Positions 57,420-64,000 of a stretch of 64,000 nucleotides of DNA are shown here, one piece after another. The notes below the pieces were generated by a model, which worked only from the letters and a program-made list of their open reading frames with translations, did not search any database and had not been told where the DNA came from. Location of the stretch: contig OY762897.2 of assembly GCA_963666515.2 (NCBI GenBank), positions 1,632,001 to 1,696,000 of the forward strand. Direction: 5' to 3'. Source of the DNA: Candidatus Binatia bacterium (GTDB taxonomy: Bacteria > Desulfobacterota > Binatia > UBA9968 > JAJDTQ01). The first letter of the stretch is position 1. Every line of letters begins with the position of its first letter. Position numbers and translations under genes: made by a program.

Positions 57420-58508
57420 CTATGGTGACGGCGAGTATCCCTTGTCCAGCCACTCGCCCAGGTCGGCGCCGAACCACTCGGTGGGCAGCTCGCGGCCCAG
57501 GCCCCGCTTCTTGCACTCCTCGTAGATCACCGCGCCGGCCGCGGCAAACTGGATACCCACGCCGGTGTTGCTCTTGTAGTAGACGATCTCGTCGTCGCTC
57601 TTGCGCCCCGGGTTCTCGCCGATGAGCACCTGGCCCAGCTCGCAGATGTTGTCCCAGCTTATCTTCCCTTCGTCGATGAGATCGAGCATCTCCCGCTGCT
57701 GGTTGGTGAGCGAGGTCTGCTTGTTATTGAGCACGATCAGATCGGCCCGGAGGAAGGTGGTGGCGTCGGCCTCGGTGCGGCGGTGCACGCCGTCGCTGTT
57801 GACGATGGTGGTGACCAACTGGCCGGGCACGAGCCAATCCCCGTCAAACACCGGCGCGCTGGCGTTGGTGGCGCACATGACGATGTCCGCGCCCTCCACC
57901 ACCGCCCTTGCGTTGTCCACGGGGCGCACCTGGACGTCGAGCTTGCCGGTCATCTCCATGGCGAAGCGTTCCCGGTGCTCCTTGGTGACGCTGTAAACGC
58001 GCACCTCGCGCACGTCGCGGACCGCGCAGATGGCGGCCAGGTTCTGCTCGGCCTCGTTGCCCGAGCCGAAAAGCCCCACCACCCGGCTGTCCTCACGCGA
58101 CAGCGCGCGGGTGGCGACGCCCGTGGTGGCGCCGACGCGTATGGATGAAAGGCTGAAGTCGTGGATGATGGCCAGGGGCTGAGCGTCCTCCAGGCTGAAC
58201 AGCAGCACGAACCCCCAGCTCCGGCGCGCCGGGTACGGGTAGTCCATGCGCTTCAAGCCGTCCACCATCCGCTCCCGCACCACCATGGAGTCGTAACGGA
58301 GCGCCGCCACCCCGGAACTCGGCACCGCGCCGGGGATGATGTTGGCCATGTAGCCGTCGGAATCCCGGTCCGGCGGCACCTTGTAGCGGGTACGCGGCCG
58401 GTTGACCGCGATGCCCCGCGCCTCCTCGGCAAAGGCCCGCTCCATGTCGTCGATGATGTCCTCCACCCGAAGCACCTGCTTCACGTCGGGATCGGTGATC
58501 AGCAGCAT
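57420..58508 (-). CDS. Ornithine cyclodeaminase/mu-crystallin family protein
   Basis: IRVGATTG.A, GLFGSG, CATN, G.GIQFAA. Confidence 0.85.
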   Translation of the reverse strand: MLLITDPDVKQVLRVEDIIDDMERAFAEEARGIAVNRPRTRYKVPPDRDSDGYMANIIPGAVPSSGVAALRYDSMVVRERMVDGLKRMDYPYPARRSWGFVLLFSLEDAQPLAIIHDFSLSSIRVGATTGVATRALSREDSRVVGLFGSGNEAEQNLAAICAVRDVREVRVYSVTKEHRERFAMEMTGKLDVQVRPVDNARAVVEGADIVMCATNASAPVFDGDWLVPGQLVTTIVNSDGVHRRTEADATTFLRADLIVLNNKQTSLTNQQREMLDLIDEGKISWDNICELGQVLIGENPGRKSDDEIVYYKSNTGVGIQFAAAGAVIYEECKKRGLGRELPTEWFGADLGEWLDKGYSPSP

Positions 58509-58660
58509 TGGCAACTCCCCTTTCAGGCCGCGCCGACGGACGGATCGAGGCGGCGCGCGCTCACGCCGGACGGCCCGGCATCGGATACGGTTCCCATGAA
58601 AACAGCCCCATGTCTATCAGATCGATAGCGGTGTGACGAACACGCACGCCGCAACGCGTC

Positions 58661-58690
58661 TTGCCGCCCTCCGTGCCCCTCTGGTACACT
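58661..58690 (+). promoter_or_regulatory. Probable tRNA promoter
   Basis: TTGCCG, 18-bp spacer, TGG-TACACT extended -10. Confidence 0.4.
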
Positions 58691-58742
58691 CGAAACCGTG
58701 ACGTGATCGGAGCCCGACCGTCACGCCCGCATGGCCGACCAC

Positions 58743-58818
58743 GAGCCGTTAGCTCAGCAGGTAGAGCATCTGCCTTTTAAGCAGAGGGTCGCCGGTTCGA
58801 TCCCGGCACGGCTCACCA
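58743..58818 (+). tRNA. tRNA-Lys (anticodon UUU)
   Basis: 76 nt; acceptor GAGCCGT/ACGGCTC; D arm GCTCAG..GGTAGAGC; anticodon arm CTGC-CTTTTAA-GCAG; GGTTCGA; 3' CCA. Confidence 0.97.
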
Positions 58819-58953
58819 ACAATTTCAACAACTTATGCGGGAATCGGAAAACGTTACGAAACACCTTGTGAACGACTTTGTCACCGGCTCCCGGAAACTT
58901 GCATGGCGCGCACATTCTGGTGTCTACTGTAAGCGACGAAAGGGGAAAGGCCC

Positions 58954-59205
58954 ATGACCGAGTTTGAGATTGCAAACCTCGCAGTACGACACGCGGCGCT
59001 GACGGCCGTCTATGTGCAAGCGGCCGTGGCCGGGACTGTGGGACTGATTCAGGCCGGCTTGATTACATGGGGATTGCTTCTCATGCGCCGGGCTGGCGAC
59101 CAACGCGAGAAACGAGAGGATGCCCGGCACGCCGAGAGCATGGAAGCACTCAGGGCCTTGATTCACGGCATGGAGACGGTGATTGAACGGACCGGAAAGG
59201 GCTGA
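58954..59205 (+). CDS. Small membrane-anchored hypothetical protein
   Basis: One TM segment followed by a charged helix; G-rich RBS. Confidence 0.55.
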   Translation: MTEFEIANLAVRHAALTAVYVQAAVAGTVGLIQAGLITWGLLLMRRAGDQREKREDARHAESMEALRALIHGMETVIERTGKG

Positions 59206-59290
59206 GGTGACTGAGCAATCAGTCACGCGGACCGCGCGCTGATCGACAATCATCCGAGACCCTGGCGGGCCGGTTGTCCCTATAGCGGGA

Positions 59291-59725
59291 TCAGCCCAAC
59301 GTCCATTCCTGCCCTTCGACGACTTCGCCGTCCACGCATACGTAGTCCATCTCGTCCTCGGTGTTGGTGCCGCCGGAGGTGTCGATCCGTCGGATCCCCT
59401 TGCGGTCGGGCTTGTAGGCGGCGAAGCGCAGCAGGGCCAGCGGGATGTCGCCGGTGTTCTCGAACTGGTAGTAGTGGCCCTCCGGCAGCAGGATACCGTC
59501 GCCCTTCCTGAGCACCGTGCGCTTCTCTTCCTTGTCGAAGAACGTCGCCTCGCCGTCCAGCACCACGAACATGTGATCCTCGCCCGGGTGGGTGTGGAGC
59601 TTGTTCTTGCGGCCGGGGGCGTAGTAGTTGAGGCCGCTCATCAGGACGTCGGTCCGCACCAGCGGCATGTGGCTGCGGCCGCCGGTGATGCAGGGGGTCT
59701 TTACCGAAAAGGTCTGGGCTTCCAT
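59291..59725 (-). CDS. Cupin domain protein
   Basis: LHTHPGEDH.F.VLDG, LP.G.YY.F.N; RBS AGGAGG. Confidence 0.82.
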   Translation of the reverse strand: MEAQTFSVKTPCITGGRSHMPLVRTDVLMSGLNYYAPGRKNKLHTHPGEDHMFVVLDGEATFFDKEEKRTVLRKGDGILLPEGHYYQFENTGDIPLALLRFAAYKPDRKGIRRIDTSGGTNTEDEMDYVCVDGEVVEGQEWTLG

Positions 59726-59834
59726 GGTTCTCCTCCTTGGGAAAGTCCGGTGATGTGGCGCCGCGATGGACTCCATAGTGGCCTATCCCCCATTCCGATA
59801 GAAATTTCAAGGTCCATTGGCTAGGATGTCCGGC

Positions 59835-60476
59835 ATGGAACCCACCTACGTCATGGTGGTGAGGCACGGCGAGACCGAGTGGAACACCGAGGGCCGGCGC
59901 CAGGGCCACCTCGACAGCACGCTCACCGCCAAGGGGCGCGCGCAGGCGGAAGCGCTGGCGCAACGCTTCACCCCGGAGAGCTGCGACGCCATCTACAGCA
60001 GCGACCTGGGGCGGGCGTACGAGACCGCCAGGACCATCGCGGAAAAGACCGGCCACGAGATCGTCCCCGACGCCCGCCTGCGCGAGCGCAACCTCGGCAT
60101 CTTCCAGGGGCTCGACGGCGACGAGATCCGCGCGCGCTACCCGACGGAGTACGAGCAGCACCGCAACGGCGGCGCAGACCACGCCGTGCCCGAGGGCGAA
60201 AGCTTCCGGGAGCAAACCGAGCGGAACATGCGGTGCCTGGAGGAGTTGGCGAAGCGCCACGCCGGAGAGATCATCATGGTGGTGACCCACGGGGGGGTCC
60301 TGAGCGCGCTATTCCGGCACACCCTGGACATCTCCCTGGACGCGCCAAGGCGCTTCTCCTTCAAGAACGCCAGCGTCAATCTCTTCAAGTTCCAGGACGG
60401 CATCTGGGGGCTGGAGACCTGGGGCGACATCACCCACCTGCAACGGGTGGGCGCCCTGGACCTGTCCTACTTCTGA
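59835..60476 (+). CDS. Histidine phosphatase / phosphoglycerate mutase family
   Basis: [17 protein letters not shown]...G, VTHGG. Confidence 0.9.
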   Translation: MEPTYVMVVRHGETEWNTEGRRQGHLDSTLTAKGRAQAEALAQRFTPESCDAIYSSDLGRAYETARTIAEKTGHEIVPDARLRERNLGIFQGLDGDEIRARYPTEYEQHRNGGADHAVPEGESFREQTERNMRCLEELAKRHAGEIIMVVTHGGVLSALFRHTLDISLDAPRRFSFKNASVNLFKFQDGIWGLETWGDITHLQRVGALDLSYF

Positions 60477-60498
60477 GCGACACGGAGACAAGGACGAC

Positions 60499-61380
60499 AT
60501 GGAAGACGAGAGATCACCGGGAGCCAGGTTCCGGCGCGCCGTGCGGGAGGAACGTCCGCTCCAGGTCGTTGGCGCCATCAACGCCTACTGCGCGCTGCTG
60601 GCCGAGCGCCAGGGCTTCCGCGCCCTCTACCTCTCCGGGGCCGGGGTGGCTAACGCCTCCTTCGCCCAGCCCGACCTGGGCATTACCACCCTGAACGACG
60701 TGCTGGAGGACGTGCGGCGGATCACCGCGGCGAGCCCGCTGCCTCTGCTGGTGGACATCGACACCGGCTGGGGCACGGCCTTCAACATCTCCCGCACCAT
60801 CCGCGAGATGGTCCGCGCCCAGGCCGCGGCGGTGCACATCGAGGACCAGGTCCAGGCCAAGCGCTGCGGCCACCGGCCCAACAAGCAAATCGTCTCCTGC
60901 GACGAGATGGTGGACCGCATCAAGGCCGCGTCGGACGGCCGCACCGACGACCAGTTCGTGATCATGGCCCGCACCGACGCCTTCGCCAGCGAAGGGCTGG
61001 ACGCCGCGCTGGAGCGGGTGCGGCGCTACGTGGAGGCGGGCGCGGACATGATCTTCCCGGAAGCGGTGCACACGCTGGAGGACTACCGCGCCTTCTGCGG
61101 GAACGTGGACGTGCCGGTGCTCGCCAACCTGACCGAGTTCGGCAAGACGCCGCTGTTCGGCGTGGACGAGTTGCGTGATGCCGGGGTCGGGCTGGTGCTC
61201 TATCCGCTCTCGGCGTTCCGCGCCATGAGCCAGACCGCCATGGACGTCTACCGCACGATCCGCGAGGACGGCACCCAGAGCGGCCTGACGGAGCGGATGC
61301 AGACCCGTGAGCAACTCTACGAGGTCCTGGGCTACCACGACTACGAGCAGAAGCTGGACGCCCTGTTCAGCAAGGAATAA
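60499..61380 (+). CDS. prpB: 2-methylisocitrate lyase
   Basis: [38 protein letters not shown]. Confidence 0.95.
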   Translation: MEDERSPGARFRRAVREERPLQVVGAINAYCALLAERQGFRALYLSGAGVANASFAQPDLGITTLNDVLEDVRRITAASPLPLLVDIDTGWGTAFNISRTIREMVRAQAAAVHIEDQVQAKRCGHRPNKQIVSCDEMVDRIKAASDGRTDDQFVIMARTDAFASEGLDAALERVRRYVEAGADMIFPEAVHTLEDYRAFCGNVDVPVLANLTEFGKTPLFGVDELRDAGVGLVLYPLSAFRAMSQTAMDVYRTIREDGTQSGLTERMQTREQLYEVLGYHDYEQKLDALFSKE

Positions 61381-61443
61381 CCTGCTTCCGACGTTCGCTT
61401 TCAGCATTTGCACTCGACGTTTGCACCAACCCCGGCTCCGACC

Positions 61444-62898
61444 ATGACCGATTCTGCCGTGCGCGACGCGCACCGACCCCGACCCGACGCGGTGCTCTCC
61501 GACATGGCCGCCTACGCCCTCTCCAGCGGCCCGTTCCCGGACGAGGCGCGGGAGACCGCGCGCCTGTGCCTCATGGACAGCCTGGGCTGCGCCCTGGCCG
61601 CGCTGGAGTTCCCGGCCTGCACCAGGCTGCTGGGGCCGGTGGTGCCCGGCGCGGTCATGCCCGGAGGCGCGCGCGTGCCCGGCACCGCCTGGGAGCTTGA
61701 TCCGGTGCAGGCCGCCTTCAACATCGGCGCCATGATCCGCTGGCTCGACTTCAACGACACCTTCCTGGCCGCGGAATGGGGACACCCTTCCGACAACCTG
61801 GGCGCGATCCTGGCGGTGGCCGACTACCTCGACCGGAACGCGGCGGATGCAGGCGCCGTCACCATGGGCGACGTGCTGACCGCCATGATCAAGGCCCACG
61901 AGATCCAGGGCGTCATCGCGCTGGAAAACAGCTTCAACCGCGTCGGGCTGGACCACGTGCTGCTGGTGCGGGTGGCCAGCACCGCGGTGGCCGCAGCCAT
62001 GCTGGGCGGCAACGAGGAGCAGGTGGTGAACGCGCTGTCCAACGCCTGGATCGACGGCGGCGCCCTGCGCACCTACCGCCACGCGCCCAACACCGGATCG
62101 CGCAAGAGCTGGGCCGCGGGCGACGCCGCCGGCCGGGCCGTGCGGCTGGCGCTGATGGCGCTCCAGGGGGAGATGGGCTATCCGTCGGCGCTCTCGGCCA
62201 AGGGCTGGGGGTACTACGACGTGCTCTTCAAGGGCCGGCCGTTCTCGTTCAGCCAGCCCTACGGCAGCTACGTGATGGAGAACGTGCTGTTCAAGATATC
62301 CTTCCCCGCGGAGTTCCATGCGCAGACCGCGGTGGAGGCGGCGCTGGAGTTGCACGGCGCGGTCAAGGACCGGCTCGACGACGTCAAGCGCATCGTCATC
62401 GAGACCCAGGAAGCCGGCTCGCGCATCATCGACAAGACCGGACCGCTGGACAACCCCGCGGACCGGGACCACTGCCTGCAGTACATGGTGGCGGTCCCGC
62501 TCATCTACGGCGAGCTGACCGCTCGACACTACGAGGACGAGGTGGCCGGGGACCCGCGCATCGACGCCCTGCGCGACAGGATGGAGGTGCGGGAGAACCC
62601 GCAGTTCACCGTGGACTACATGGACCCGGACAAGCGCGCCATCGGCAACGCGGTCCAGGTGCACTTCAAGGACGGCAGTGCCACGGAACGGGTGGAAGTG
62701 CCCTACCCCATCGGCCACAGGCGGCGGCGTGGCGAGGGCGTGCCGCTGCTGCAGGAGAAGTTCGAGCGGCACATTGCCGCGCGGCTCTCACGGGGCCAGT
62801 GCAGGACGATTCTGGATGCGTGCGCGTCCCGAGGGTCCCTCGAACCGATGCGGGTCAGCGTCTTCATGGACGCCTGGGTGGTGGAGGACGGGGACTGA
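61444..62898 (+). CDS. prpD: 2-methylcitrate dehydratase
   Basis: [51 protein letters not shown]. Confidence 0.95.
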   Translation: MTDSAVRDAHRPRPDAVLSDMAAYALSSGPFPDEARETARLCLMDSLGCALAALEFPACTRLLGPVVPGAVMPGGARVPGTAWELDPVQAAFNIGAMIRWLDFNDTFLAAEWGHPSDNLGAILAVADYLDRNAADAGAVTMGDVLTAMIKAHEIQGVIALENSFNRVGLDHVLLVRVASTAVAAAMLGGNEEQVVNALSNAWIDGGALRTYRHAPNTGSRKSWAAGDAAGRAVRLALMALQGEMGYPSALSAKGWGYYDVLFKGRPFSFSQPYGSYVMENVLFKISFPAEFHAQTAVEAALELHGAVKDRLDDVKRIVIETQEAGSRIIDKTGPLDNPADRDHCLQYMVAVPLIYGELTARHYEDEVAGDPRIDALRDRMEVRENPQFTVDYMDPDKRAIGNAVQVHFKDGSATERVEVPYPIGHRRRRGEGVPLLQEKFERHIAARLSRGQCRTILDACASRGSLEPMRVSVFMDAWVVEDGD

Positions 62899-62941
62899 CC
62901 GGAGAATCATGATGGCCTTCTCGGCTACTGAAGCTCGCAAT

Positions 62942-63044
62942 CGTCATTCCGGCGAAAGCCGGAATCCAGGCGGGGTGGCGTGGGGAAACCAGTCGCGGTG
63001 CCCAACCTCTCCGCCCCTGGATTCCGGCTTTCGCCGGAATGACG
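62942..63044. repeat. REP-like palindrome (GTCATTCC..GGAATCC class), 29-bp arms
   Basis: CGTCATTCCGGCGAAAGCCGGAATCCAGG (62942-62970) and exact reverse complement (63016-63044); each arm is itself a hairpin. Confidence 0.85.
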
Positions 63045-63081
63045 GGTTCGGGCACTGGGGACGATTTCGCGGCAAGGAGAA

Positions 63082-63888
63082 ATGCGAATGAGGTGGTGCA
63101 GGTTCCAGCACAAGGGCAAGACGGCCTTCGGCATCATTGATGACGCGGAGGTCATCACCGTGATCGGCGGCAGCCCGTTCGAGAACTATACCGTGACCGG
63201 CGACACCCATGCCTTGGCGGACGTTAAGCTGCTGGCGCCCGTAATCCCTCCGACCTTCTATGCCGCGGGCGTGAACTACCGCGAACATGTGACCTTCGCC
63301 GCCCAAGTGCGCGGAGAAGAGCCGGTGTTTCCAGCCAAGCCCGACGTCGGCTACCGCGCGGTCAACGCGCTGGCGGCGCACGAAGACCCCATCGTCATTC
63401 CCCGCGACGCCTCGGAGAAGGTGCAGTATGAGGGCGAGCTGGTGGCGGTGATCGGCCGGAAGTGCCGGGACGTGCCCGAGGACGAGGCGCTGGACTACGT
63501 GTTCGGCTACACCATCGGCAACGACGTGAGCGAGCGCACCTGGCAGCGCTCCGACCGCACCCTGTGGCGCGCCAAGAACACCGACACCTTCAAGCCCATG
63601 GGCCCGTGGATCGTCACCGATCTCGACCCCGACGACCTGCACGTCACCATCACCTTGAACGACCGGGTGGTGGGCGAGTACGACGTGAAGGACGCCATCT
63701 TCGGCGTCGCCCGCTACATCAGCGCCATGAGCCGCTACCTCACCCTGGTGCCCGGGGACGTCTTGTGGATGGGCACCGACGGCGCCACCGAGAACATGAA
63801 GGACGGCGACGTGGTGGCCGTCGAGGTCAGCCGCATCGGCACGCTGCGCAACCCCGTGGTGCGGGAACAGGACCCGGCGGGTCCCTGA
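63082..63888 (+). CDS. Fumarylacetoacetate hydrolase family protein
   Basis: G.NY..H, YEGEL..VIG, GYTIGNDVSER, K..DTF.P.GPW. Confidence 0.9.
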   Translation: MRMRWCRFQHKGKTAFGIIDDAEVITVIGGSPFENYTVTGDTHALADVKLLAPVIPPTFYAAGVNYREHVTFAAQVRGEEPVFPAKPDVGYRAVNALAAHEDPIVIPRDASEKVQYEGELVAVIGRKCRDVPEDEALDYVFGYTIGNDVSERTWQRSDRTLWRAKNTDTFKPMGPWIVTDLDPDDLHVTITLNDRVVGEYDVKDAIFGVARYISAMSRYLTLVPGDVLWMGTDGATENMKDGDVVAVEVSRIGTLRNPVVREQDPAGP

Positions 63889-63898
63889 ACCCCGGCCG

Positions 63899-64000
63899 AT
63901 GTCCGAACTCTTTCTCATCCTCGTGACCTTCATCGCCTCCACCACCGCTGCGGTGGTGGGCCTCGGTGGCGGCATCCTGCTCATCTCGGTGATGCCCGGG
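63899..64000 (+). CDS. Sulfite exporter TauE/SafE family, 3'-truncated by window edge
   Basis: MSELFLILVTFIASTTAAVVGLGGGILL (G.GGG motif). Confidence 0.6.
   Translation, partial: MSELFLILVTFIASTTAAVVGLGGGILLISVMPG

Noticed and set aside
58743-59280. Prophage or ICE integrated at tRNA-Lys
   Set aside because: No integrase, phage genes or att duplication visible
60499-62898. prpB-prpD without prpC as a novel pathway
   Set aside because: Split prp operons are common; prpC may lie outside the window
62864-63158. Short ORFs containing VIPAKAGIQ / RHSGESRNP
   Set aside because: Translations of the REP-like palindrome, not proteins

Overview
High-GC bacterial chromosome segment. The gene content (swf PKS cluster, many orphan TctC, Rieske and OCD paralogues) suggests a sponge-associated Deltaproteobacteria/Binatia-like symbiont; this is inference only. 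From left to right: fbp and class I aldolase; a DapA-like lyase; a Mo-hydroxylase (fused 2Fe-2S/Mo subunit plus FAD subunit); a catabolic block with three Rieske oxygenases, a heme-oxygenase-like diiron enzyme and a four-domain rhodanese; a ~1.87-kb CTAG-bounded putative mobile element (19044-20914) encoding an uncharacterised Rep_trans-like tyrosine nuclease with a winged helix and strongly structured ends (best candidate for an undescribed system); TctC solute-binding proteins; a Dpp-type ABC system whose permease carries a large beta-rich insert; a long minus-strand run (STAS, hypothetical, swfA, swfC, swfB, PaaK-like CoA ligase, RNA-ligase-like protein, UbiD, phenylphosphate carboxylase gamma-like subunit); five OCD/mu-crystallin paralogues spread across the window; an IS1634 element inserted into a degraded DUF433/DUF5615 toxin-antitoxin pair; an AprA/AprB-like flavoprotein-ferredoxin pair; tRNA-Lys(UUU); prpB-prpD; and two REP-like palindromes. 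No CRISPR array or rRNA was seen. All family calls come from motif recognition by eye, not database searches.
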